64,000 nt of DNA from Octopus sinensis (Eukaryota): positions 97,402,001 to 97,466,000 of the forward strand of contig NC_043002.1 in NCBI RefSeq assembly GCF_006345805.1, written 5' to 3'. The translations under genes were made by a program, and so were the position numbers. Below the pieces are notes generated by a model. The model did no database searches. It saw only the letters and a program-made list of their open reading frames with translations, and was not told the DNA's origin. Shown one piece after another: positions 53,666 to 64,000 of the stretch; position 1 is the first letter of the stretch; the number at the start of each line of letters is the position of its first letter.

Positions 53666-54059
53666 ACTAGCAGTATCGCCCGGCGTTGCTCGGGTTTATA
53701 AGGGAAATAACTATATAGCATTTTTAGAGAGTTATAGCCAAAAAATAGCAAAAAATGCATTAAAAATGAAAAAAAGATTATGGTAAATTTTTTTTTAATC
53801 GTTGACTCATCGTAGACATTTTTAGAGAGTTACTTCCCTTATATTTAAAAAATATGCATTAAAATGGAAAGAAATGATGGTAAATTATTTTTAAAATCGT
53901 AGACTCATCGCAGACGCGCGCTAATACCCAGAAGGGCTCGATATGAATCACGACTATAAGATACCTGGTTTTGGTTAAACTGCACCGCAAAATGTGGGAG
54001 TAGTTAGGAATCTTAATCGGAGTAGACAGACACACAACCTTTCTTTTATATATAAAGAT
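53666..54059 (+). mobile_element. HINE/Helentron-like non-autonomous element
   Basis: ACTAGCAGTATCGCCCGGCGTTGCTCGGG ... AGACAGACACACAACCTTTCTTTTATATATAAAGAT, with an internal duplication of about 95 bp. Confidence 0.7.
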
Positions 54060-54405
54060 TTTAACTTTTATCTTTTATTTGTTTCACTGATTAGAAAATG
54101 GTCGTGTATGGGAACCCCTTAAAAGGGTTTTATCGAACATAGCGATCACAGTGCTAATTTTTAAAGTTTCAAGTCTGGTACTTATTCTATCAGCATTTTT
54201 AACGAGCTGCTAGGTTACAGGGACATCAACAAACCATCAATCTATATCTTTTGAATTCGGTATCTAACGCGAAGGAAACACTAAATGCATGTTTTGTAAA
54301 TTAAATATATTTCGACATTTATTTTCTGTTAGTTATTATAGACATCCATCGAAAACATACATCAACTTCTCCAATATAATTTTGGTATGATCTATTATTG
54401 TTTGT

Positions 54406-54716
54406 GGAGGCGCAATGGCCCAGTGGTTAGGGCAGCGGACTCACGGTCGTAGGAACGCGGTTTCGATTCCCAGACCGGACGTTATGTGTGTTTATTGAGC
54501 GAAAACACCTAAAGCTCCACGAGACTCCGGCAGGGGGTGGTGGCAATCTGTGCTGTACGCTTTCGCCACAACTTGCTCTCACGCTTTCTTCTGTTGGCCT
54601 GCTCGCTTAGCCAGTGGAGTGGCGTCATTTGAAGGCTAAAACAATGCGAAGCGCATTGTGAGCAGCGATGTGTAGCAACATCTGATAGCTTGGTCGGTCA
54701 CGGTGATCACGGTGAT
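54406..54716 (+). mobile_element. SINE-C head and core with tail type 3
   Basis: The core is followed by GCGCATTGTGAGCAGCGATGTGTAGCAACATCTGATAGCTTGGTCGGTCACGGTGATCACGGTGAT. A related tail lies in reverse at about 53340-53420. Confidence 0.8.
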
Positions 54717-55191
54717 TATTGTTTGTATTGACTCTAAAATGACACCTAAATTTTTATCGAATAGTTTGTTCGCTCATTAATTCATTGTTCCAAAAAAATC
54801 AGCAATCGGTTGTGCCTAAACTGATATTGGTGTGCCTTTTTACAGCATAAAATAATTTGAAGTATAGTATACTATGAATTCTAGTTGAGTCATTTTTAGC
54901 GTTTCTCCATTGAAGAGCTTTCTTTGCCATTCAACGTTATAAACCTCTTCTCTTCATGCTACATTGATATTCCCTACAGTTTATTCTCTTTTAATCTTTT
55001 ACCTGTTTCAGTCATTTGACTGTGGCCATGCTGGAGCACAGCCTTTAATCGAGCAAACGACCCCAGGACTTATTCTGTGTAAGCCTAGTACTTATTCTAT
55101 CGGTCTCTTTTGCCGAACCACTAAGTTACGCGGACGTAAACACACTAGCATCAGTTGTCAGGCGATGTTCGGGTTGGACAAACACAAACAT

Positions 55192-55246
<55 letters not shown>

Positions 55247-55250
55247 TATA

Positions 55251-55610
55251 GAAAGATGAATAATCTTGTTGCAGATTAATCAAAAGTTTAACCGATACCT
55301 TGGTAGCAAAAATCACAGCAGAAGAAAGCACGGTTGGAGATAAAACTATTTATATTTATCTAAAATGTACTTACTGATGGTCCCGATATCAGAACTAGCA
55401 GGGCATATGAGTCTTAACGCTGGGTTGGTGTAGAAATTCGGTTTATGGTCCTTCACTATAAATCTAGGTTGCTTAGGGCTAAGCGGCTGCGTTCTCATTT
55501 GAATTCCGTATTTAAACATTATTTCCTTAATCTCCAAGTTTACTTTCCTCAATGTACTCCAATTAGTTGTTCTATAATTCTTCTTAATCTCTTTTCCGAG
55601 TAAATCTAAA
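55251..55610 (-). mobile_element. Inverted PLE segment upstream of the RT core
   Basis: LLGKEIKKNY...VNLEIKEI...FIVKDHKPNFYTNPALRLICPASSDIGTISKYILD matches the PLE pattern FITLKDHKxNFxxNPxxRLINPxxSxIGxISKxILD. Confidence 0.85.
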
Positions 55611-56726
55611 CCAAAACCCGTTATTCATCCTATAATCACCCACCCTAATGTTAGAGCTGGCTTCCCGACCCATCACATAAATAGGAATAAGTATATATGG
55701 TTTGTAATTCCCTTTGGTAAGCAGATTAGAACTAACCTTCCCCTCCTGTTTCGACAAGCCATCGCCAGTAACTTCCCCAGAGATTCCAAATATTACTCCA
55801 CGGTTAATTCGCATAAAGTTAGGATAGCTTTCTCCAACACAAAAAGCCTTTCCCAGATAATCGCCTCCCATAATAATAGGCTGCTTATTAAGACCCTACC
55901 ACCTTTGTCCGGAGGCGCAGCTCCGTCCGCTCCCAGTTTAACGCTCAGTAGGAATAATAATAGTAGTAATAATGATAAGAGAGCCAGTACAGTGACTGAT
56001 AATCTCAGTACCAACCAGGGATTAAATACTAGATGTAGCGATAGAAGAAATGGTGATGTCATTAACGTTAGTAATGGCAATAGTGAGGTGAGCGCAGCTC
56101 GGGTCATTAATGTAGAGAGTCCTAACAGCAACTCCAGCATCGTTTCCGGCAATAGCAGGCCCACGGATACTAGCAATTACAGCGCTCTCAGTGATAGGGA
56201 AGACTCAGGGGTTAGTCCGTTAATTAATAGTGAATTTGAGGAATATAAAGTAGTAAGCGGCCGCAGTTCTCGCAATCAATATAGTAACAGTAACGCAGTT
56301 CTAATTTCAGAAGCCAATCCCAATAGAATAAGGTTCTTGTCGAATAACTCCAAGATCAGAAATGCCATTTACCAATGTAAGGTTTACACGAACTCAGATG
56401 TCTACTCTTATGTCGGGGCCTCATCGTCAAAATTGGCCTTGCGAATTTCCAACCATTTCGCAACTTTTCGCGACGTGAATAAATACCAAGCCACGGGACT
56501 TAGCAAGCTTATATGGGGTTTGAAGAACGCGAACTCAGGTTTCAGGCTGGAATGGTCGATTTTGTCGGTGGCCCTCCCATTTGATAGGGGCAGAAGGAAG
56601 TGCAATCTTTGTGTCTCTGAGCTTTTCCACATATTGTTCGCCAGAGACCGGTTGGTAAACGGACTTTTACAGTCGGCTTTTCGATGTCCCCATTGGCGGC
56701 GTTATACTTATCTTGCTTATAAATGA
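55578..56726 (+). CDS. Penelope-like element C-terminal ORF: thumb/linker, Ser/Asn-rich spacer and GIY-YIG endonuclease; 5'-truncated, no RT core
   Basis: The frame is open for 383 codons (upstream stop at 55575-77), extending the listed ORF. It reads RNKYIWFVIPF...TNL..LF...FP...SHNNRLL, then about 150 aa of S/N-rich sequence, then AIYQCKV...YVG...LRISNH...LSKLIWGLK...WSIL...CNLCVSELFHIL...LVN. Confidence 0.88.
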   Translation, partial: FFLISFPSKSKPKPVIHPIITHPNVRAGFPTHHINRNKYIWFVIPFGKQIRTNLPLLFRQAIASNFPRDSKYYSTVNSHKVRIAFSNTKSLSQIIASHNNRLLIKTLPPLSGGAAPSAPSLTLSRNNNSSNNDKRASTVTDNLSTNQGLNTRCSDRRNGDVINVSNGNSEVSAARVINVESPNSNSSIVSGNSRPTDTSNYSALSDREDSGVSPLINSEFEEYKVVSGRSSRNQYSNSNAVLISEANPNRIRFLSNNSKIRNAIYQCKVYTNSDVYSYVGASSSKLALRISNHFATFRDVNKYQATGLSKLIWGLKNANSGFRLEWSILSVALPFDRGRRKCNLCVSELFHILFARDRLVNGLLQSAFRCPHWRRYTYLAYK

Positions 56727-57285
56727 TACCTTAATCCTTGGAAATAATTTTTGAAAAAGCTTTTTAAGAAATATATGAATAACCCTTGCAAGGGGAAATT
56801 ACTCCCATTAGGCGAATGGTGGTTTGTTTTGGAAGCAAACGCAGGAATTTTATATACCCTTAGGATTCTTTGACGACGTTAATTTTTTGACAAGCAGGCC
56901 TAGACGAACACACGAACACAAAAAATATTTTCTGCCGCCTGACGAATTTTTCAGCAGTGACCATTATGTAGCGCCTTTTACCAACATACGGCCGCGCACA
57001 CATAGGCCAGTACACACATACATGCTTCTAGGTAGTTTTTGTCTCGCCCCCAAAAAATACACCCAGTATTCTTAAAATATTCAGAATTTTAGTTTTGGTC
57101 ACACAGAACATCTCCACACCCCTTGCTCTCACCTACTGGATTTGACCGCCGCCTGACCTGTAAATATCTTCAACGCACCCACCACACGATTTCAACGTAC
57201 ATTGATAATCAGTTCAGCCATGGGCTCTTAAAGAGCCTCCTCGTTCAAATTGCTTTGCTGCGCCTCTGTTCTGTTTTGTTCTGCC

Positions 57286-57404
57286 AACGGAATTCCTATT
57301 TTTTTCCTGAAGAGAAAGCCACAATATGGTATCCTTATTTAATCAGAATTTGGAAAATTGTGGCTTTTGAAACATGTGTAGAATGCAATAAAAGGAATTC
57401 TGTT
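57286..57404 (+). ncRNA. Type-I hammerhead ribozyme in the PLE 3' region, intact core
   Basis: CTGAAGA at 57307-13. Stem II is G-AAAGCCACAAT/ATTGTGGCTTT-T, then GAAAC-ATGT-GTA^ (cleavage after 57380). Stem I is TTC/GAA, TATT/AATA and AACGGAATTCC/GGAATTCTGTT. Confidence 0.85.
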
Positions 57405-57556
57405 CAATCTTCGTTCAACTCCATTTCTTCAATTCACTAATAATATATATATATATATAAACATAGTAAATAGGGTAATAAAAATAAATTATTATCACCA
57501 GTCACCTAGCACAAAAGACGAATTAGTCATTAGACTATATGTTATTCATATATAAA

Positions 57557-57806
57557 TACATTAAAAGGCTCCTAAATAAAGAAGCGAGTGCTAGATACAC
57601 AAAAAGGGGATAAATTCATGAAATGGAATGAAAATCAAAAACGCTTACTAACTCAGCTAATCCTGTACCGCGGTTTCATCTTTTTTTTAGCAAATGAATA
57701 GAATTTATCTGCCAGGGCCAGAATCATCAGCAGGAAGCCTTTGTAATCCAAGATGTACATACCGTTATCTAGCACTCGCTTCTTTATTTAGGAGCCTTTT
57801 AATGTA
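57557..57806. repeat. Fold-back: perfect 41-bp inverted arms enclosing a hammerhead
   Basis: 57557-57597 is the reverse complement of 57766-57806. Confidence 0.95.
57661..57735 (-). ncRNA. Type-I hammerhead ribozyme, intact core, U-U at 10.1/11.1
   Basis: TCCTG-CTGATGA-TTCT..TGGCAGA..TTTGCTA..AGAT-GAAAC-CGCG-GTA^-CAGGA. Stem III is the palindrome ACCGCGGT. Confidence 0.75.
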
Positions 57807-57809
57807 TGC

Positions 57810-57869
<60 letters not shown>

Positions 57870-58277
57870 GACGGGTTTCTTTTAGTTTCCGTCTACCAAA
57901 TCCACTCAGAAGGCTTTGGTCGGCCCGAGGTTATAGTAGAAGACACTTGCCCAAGGTGCAACGCAGTAGGACTGAACTCAGAACCATGTGGTTCACAAGC
58001 AAGCTACTTACCACGCAGCCACTCCGGCGCCTACGTATTCAATTATATTATTCAATTCGCTATATCGTCTGATACATATTCATCCAACATTTTATGCTAA
58101 AATATTTAATCGTACTATATACATACACTCACACACATACACACACACATGTATACATACACGCGCGCGCGCACATAAACACACACAGACACACACACAC
58201 ACACACACACAAACACACACATATATACATTATTCAAAACTCTCCGATTCGATTCCATACAGTTTCAAGTTTCGCAG

Positions 58278-58444
58278 ATCCTTGACTGGAGCCCGATTCC
58301 TTCATGCTTCTACAATGCCGAATGGAGATATTCAGGAAGTCCAAAAGAGCTGCCATGGACCAAGGAAGATCACATGGTATTGTGGAGAATAATGTCAATT
58401 CCCAAGCGACACCAATTCCATCAGTTGGACAGGAAATTGGTGGT
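58278..58444 (+). other. Possible host exon (unverified)
   Basis: Acceptor-like TTTCAAGTTTCGCAG and donor-like GGT/GTGAGT. The frame is open (ILDWSPIPSCFYNAEWRYSGSPKELPWTKEDHMVLWRIMSIPKRHQFHQLDRKL). I recognise no homology. Confidence 0.2.
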
Positions 58445-58544
58445 GTGAGTGTGTCTGGATATGGAAAAGGCAAGGCCGGTGTGTATGAGATTGTATGCGT
58501 GTGTGCTCTCCTGTGTGTTTGTGTGTGTACATAAGCATATAATC

Positions 58545-58990
58545 GACTTAATCCGTTTGTCTGCCCTTGTTTGTCCTCTCTGTGTTTAGCCCCTTGTGGG
58601 TAGTAAAGAAATAGGTATTTCGTCTATCTTTACGTTCTAAATTCAAATTCCACCGAGGTCGCCTTTGCCTTTTATCCCTTCGGGGTCAATAAATTAAGTA
58701 TCAGGGTCGATCTAATCGACTGGCCCGCTCCCCAAAAATTTCGGGCTTTCTGCCTAGAGTAGAAAGGAATCTACCCATATCCACGGCAAGCCGGCAGAAA
58801 CGTTAGCGCACCGGGCGAAATGCTTAGCGGTATTCTGTCTGTCTACGTTCTAAATTCAAATGTTGTCGAGGTCGAATTTGTCTTTCATCCTTTCGGGGTC
58901 GATAAATTAAGTACAAGCTGCGTACTGAGGTCGATCTAATCGACTGAACCCCTGCCCCAAAATTTCGAGCCTTGTACCTGGAGTACAAAA
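58545..58990 (+). mobile_element. SINE-B cluster
   Basis: Repeated GCCTTTCATCCTTTCGGGGTCGATAAATTAAGTA bodies. Confidence 0.85.
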
Positions 58991-59114
58991 GTTTAATATG
59001 TATGTGAATAAATATATTTAAAAACGACTACGTTTTTCAAATTCAGGTGCACTTTGAAACCCCAAAACACATTCTCCTATATTTTTTTCCTGCGTGGAAA
59101 CACACCTCTACACT

Positions 59115-59237
<123 letters not shown>

Positions 59238-59248
59238 GTATATGTATA

Positions 59249-59299
<51 letters not shown>

Positions 59300-61051
59300 A
59301 TATATTTATATACTTATAGATATACATACATATATGTATGTATATATGTATATATACATATATGCTAAAGTTGAACAGTGAGAATGAGTGGATAGATTTT
59401 CTTTATTTGGGGGTTACGCGCTTCTATGCATTCGTTTCGACAACAAATCGATGAATGAAACAGATGAACTTCGAGATCCGTTCCTTGTTCTGCTAGTTTG
59501 TTGTTGTTAGTCGTTTGTGGTGAGAATACTTGAGTGGAGCATATAGAAAGCGGCGTAGGTTTATTGTGGCGCTCCACTTCACAATATAATGATGCAGTGA
59601 AATTATACGTTTTGAAAAGAAATGAGAATATGAGGAACAAAACTTTCATAATAATACCAGAGGAAAAATATAGGTTCTGGTTTAACCAGTCCGTCATCTA
59701 AACATTTTTAACTATCCCCTCTTTTTTCAGCATGTGGATAGCATCTAATATATCTAGAAACTGCCCGTTGGTAATATATTATTTCCGTTTGCACCAGTAA
59801 ATAACGTAAACATACGAAGAATATTGCAAAACTTGTTTTGAAAGATTATTGGGATAGTTCCCTGGGAAATATACATTTGAAAGTAAGAGGAACTGTTATA
59901 AGAATAAGGCAATTTCAGTAATAACATACATGGCGGACATGATAGTAAATGATTCAAAACTGTGCTATTGTACGGAACTAAGAGAAAGATATCTGTAGAA
60001 TGAATCAAATAATGCTTTATTGTATAACAGAGAACACATTTAAGAGCTGACACACATAACATATATATTTTTCATATCAAAACATAGAATATTTTCTACC
60101 TCTATATTACGGTATGTCTGGAAAGCAAAGTTCAATGTAATTGATATATTCCGCATAATTTCACCCATAGTTGAAACTGCAACACCATAATTAAATAAAG
60201 AAGAAAGCTGCAAGGTATGTCTGGCTGAGAAATCTAATATTTTTATTCAAGACTTCAAAATATTAAATCAAATGTTTGAATCATTACCCAGATGCCGATT
60301 GCCCGTTTTACATTATTGCGTTTATAATTGAAAGCTGTGCTCGCTCAATTTTAATAATATATACAAACATTTATTCAGACAATAGTTATATACTAGCAGT
60401 TTTCCTTCATGGAATTACCACATGCGACATCCTGGATGAGATTTCATTAATTTTGAAATTTATAGAGAAACCTCTGTCCAGCCCAAACAGCCTTTGAATT
60501 TACACAGTTATTTACACTGCCCCAATATTCTTAACATTATCTGGCAAAAACTGAACAGTGGAACTTAAGATAACTTACCACTGCTGAATGCGCTGGCTAT
60601 ATAAGCAATGTGTTCGGAGGCGAGAAATGGTTAGAATGGTGCTGATGAAGGGGCAAGAACCCCTTAAATATGGCATATACACTTATTAACCCATTTTTGT
60701 TTTCGATCTCATTGTTAGTTCACATCTGACGTCTCGATACGAAACGCTGTAGCAAAAATCAGCGCTAGCTAAAATTTCTATAGAATACCCGCAGAAATAA
60801 CCTTAACAAATTAATGTAAAAGGCACTTCTAACGTAGTAAGACGTAGTATTCACTTATAAAAACATTTAATGTACTTTATAACATATTATGGCTCCATAA
60901 CGAAATACCACATGTGCACAAATCATTAGTAAATAGCAACTGTTCCGAATCCCAACCAGTTCAGTCTTGTCTTTGTAGTTTGAACGAACATATAATCACG
61001 AAACGCGGAGTAAAAACACATTAAACTATCAGCTTGAAACATGTATAGGCT

Positions 61052-61483
61052 ATGAGATATAGTGATGAAAAATGGGTCGTTCATTAACCGATGGATTCAT
61101 GCCCAGTAAAGAAAAATGTCCAGTGAACTTTGTTTTAATTAAAAGCAAGTAATCAGTTAATATGCAGAATATTGAGAAGAGTGTTAACTCTCCTGATTAT
61201 GAGGCAAACGAAGAATAATTTGAAAGATTCGTGATAAAAATTATTTTTTATGTAACTTTAAGCTGACTGGAGAAATAAGTAGTTCAGATAATAAACAAGC
61301 TATAAAACATTTGTTCAAACATTTGCTGGCGTTGTTAAAGAAGAGGGATGCGTTACGCGGCTGAGTTCACGGTTAATAGAATTAGTTTATCTTGCAAGGG
61401 GGTGCCTGAGAGAACAGCCATACATCCATACATACACGCATACATATGCATATATCTGTGTGTGTGGATGTGTGGATGCATAT
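61052..61483 (+). repeat. Direct repeat of about 430 bp, copy 1
   Basis: Matches 62854-63297, with a cluster of differences around 61175-61225. Confidence 0.92.
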
Positions 61484-61852
61484 ATTGCATTGTTAAATTA
61501 CTGGTGCCTTCGCAAATGTTTTCTGTCACAACTATACAGTATATACTTCAGGAAATATCGAGAAATTTTAAGCAAAACTACAGGTATGAATGTGTAGTTA
61601 AGAAGCTTGTTTTGCAACCACGAGGTCTCGGGTTCAGTCCTACTGCATGGCGGCAGATGTAAGTGTCTTTTACTATAGCCGCGTACCGACCAATGGCCTT
61701 GAGTGAATTTGGCTGGCAGAAACTGTGTATAATATTCTTGTATATATGTATGTATGTGCGTATATCTGTTTGCTCTTTTACTTGTTTATTCTTTTACTTG
61801 TTTCAGTCATTTGACTGCGGCCGTGCTGGGGCACCGCCTCGAAGGGATGCAA

Positions 61853-62357
61853 GGCAAAGTCGATCTCGGAGGATTTTGAACTCAGAACGTAAAGACAGAC
61901 GAAATACCGCTAAATATTTCACCCAGCTTGTTAACTTTTCTTATTTCTTTATTGCCCACAAGGAGCTAAACATAGAGGGGACAAACAAGGACAGACAAAC
62001 GGATTAAGTCGATTATATCGACCCCAGTTCGTAACTGGTACTTAATTTATCGACACCGAAAGGATGAAGGGCAAAGTCGACCTCGTTGGAATTTAAACTC
62101 AGAACGTAGCGGTAGACGAAATACCTATTTCTTTACTACCCACAAGGGGCTAAATACAGACGGGACGTACAAGGACAGACAAAAGGACTAAGTCGATTAC
62201 ATCGACCCCAGTGCGTAACTGGTACTTAATTTATCGACCCCGAAAGGATGAAAGGCAAAGTCGACCTCGGCGGAATTTGAACTCAGAACGTAATGGCAGA
62301 CGAAATACGGCTACGCATTTCGCCCGGCGTGCTAACGTTTCTGTTAGCTTGCTGCCT
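61853..62357 (-). mobile_element. SINE-B trimer
   Basis: Head at about 62357 followed by three body units. Confidence 0.88.
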
Positions 62358-62853
62358 TTGGAACAGTAATATATTGCTTGAATATAGAACAACATTTCCT
62401 GAAATAAGCCAAGTTTGAATAATTTATTTATAAAAATTAAAAACAGAAAATTGCTTGCTTGCAGAATATTGTCTCCGTAAATAGAAATCTACGGACGACC
62501 ACAGAATTCTATGTTGACGATGTTCCACTCATTTATCATCGTAAGCAAAAATCGCCATGACATTTACTCACTGTATGACGCCAATATATAAAATCAGCAT
62601 CTGAAAACGTTTTAGTAAAAACATAAAAACAATACGGTTGGTTCGAATATAAGCAGCGTAGGTTACATAAAACTAATATACTAAAGATTTTAAAACTGGT
62701 TTGTTTATTAACCGTTCAGAAACCGGACATTCTCGCTCTCAAATCTGCTGCGCCTTGAACACAAACAACAATTTTGTCTTCAGTTGTTGAAGATATAAAT
62801 AGCTTTTAAGAATACGAACGTAATGCAGGGAATATTTCAATTATATCAAAAGA

Positions 62854-63297
62854 ATGAGATATAGTGATGAAAAATGGGTCGTTGATTAACCGATGGATTC
62901 ATGCCCAGTAAAGAAAAATGTCCAGTGAACTTTGTCTTAATTAAAAGCAAGTTATCAGTTAATATGTAGAATATTGAGAAGAACAGAGTGTTAACTGCCC
63001 AGAATATGAGTCAAACAAAGTGTGATTTGAAAGATTCGTGATAAAAATTATTTTTTATGTAACTTTAAGCTGATTGGAGAAATAAGTAGTTCAGATAATA
63101 AACAAGCTACAAAACATTTGTTCAAACATTTGCTGGCGTTGTTAAAGAAGAGGGATGCGTTACGCGGCTGAGTTCACGGTTAACAGAATTAGTTTATCTT
63201 GCAAGGGGGTGCCTGAGAGAACAGCCATACATCCATACATACACGCATACATATGCATATATCTGTGTGTGTGTGTGTGTGGATGTGTGGATGCATA
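62854..63297 (+). repeat. Direct repeat of about 430 bp, copy 2
   Basis: See 61052-61483. Confidence 0.92.
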
Positions 63298-63313
63298 CAC
63301 AAACACATACATG

Positions 63314-63395
<82 letters not shown>

Positions 63396-63699
63396 GAATT
63401 AGAAGCAGCTCAAGGAGTATAAATAATATCGAACACACATACACAAGGTATGTATTTTGCTAGTTTGTGGGTAGGCTGCGCTTTTAGGCGTCAGAGAATA
63501 CATTCTCCTCTATGCGCCCGGTGTTAAAAGACCTAGAAGTCAGTATTAGACAAGCGAGACAACTCGCATCAGGTCCCGTTCAGAAGCAATGGACATTGAT
63601 GTTTCATCCATTGATGTTTCTAGCCTAGATCCAAGGCTCCTTCATTGGAATTTCAAAATCAACAACAGGGTATTTTTGCTTGTAATGTATGTATGTATG

Positions 63700-63733
<34 letters not shown>

Positions 63734-64000
63734 TGTATGTATGTATGTATGTATGTATGTATGTATGTATTTATGTATGTGCAGATTTGTATGTTTTATG
63801 TATACTTCGACATGCTCATATAATATATTTAAATTATAAACTTCTGGAAAGTTTTACAGATTTTTACAGTTCCGGTGATGGATTGGACCTGTAGTCTTCG
63901 AATTAGCTTTCTCCTTTCTGGTTTTGAAAGGCTAATTTCTCAAGATTTGTATTTAGGCAGTGTGTTACATATCCCAGAGCCCCAATAATTACAGTTATAA

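Larger units (their letters stand above)
54995..58030 (-). mobile_element. SINE-A whose internal (TA)n holds two PLE-type insertions
   Basis: The 3' half is at about 54995-55190 and the 5' half at about 57868-58030, in the same orientation. Confidence 0.8.

Noticed and set aside
55793-56176. Hydrophobic minus-strand ORF resembling a membrane protein
   Set aside because: It is the antisense shadow of the Ser/Asn-rich plus-strand PLE frame.
56724-56753. TGA stop of the PLE ORF as possible selenocysteine readthrough
   Set aside because: The protein already ends at the usual PLE terminus, only 6 codons follow, and I identified no SECIS.
61052-63297. LTR retrotransposon
   Set aside because: No TSD, PBS, PPT or gag/pol remnants; the interior is SINEs and unique DNA.

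Overview
AT-rich, repeat-saturated metazoan DNA. The SINE families, microsatellite spectrum and rRNA expansion segment point to an octopus or other coleoid cephalopod (inference). No host gene could be identified with confidence, and most ORFs in the supplied track are artefacts of microsatellites or SINEs. The window is a nested mosaic of four groups of sequence. (1) DNA transposons and rolling-circle elements: Tc1 and mariner remnants, and Helentron/HINE-like elements, one carrying a 148-bp tandem array. (2) LINEs and SINEs: R4/Dong-like and CR1/L2-like fragments, three tRNA-derived SINE families (my working labels A, B, C), and a TSD-flanked ORF1-only L1/Tx1-like element. (3) Other repeats: a TSD-flanked 28S rRNA retrocopy, a 107-bp satellite and two local duplications. 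(4) Many Penelope-like element (PLE) derivatives. The main signal is about ten type-I hammerhead-ribozyme folds in 64 kb, found by eye: four or five have intact cores and the rest are decayed. Nearly all have a palindromic stem III. They sit in PLE-derived or non-coding fold-back elements, often embedded in (TA)n tracts. They include one young PLE with an open GIY-YIG frame and one retrozyme-like tandem unit of about 331 nt. SINE coordinates are approximate.
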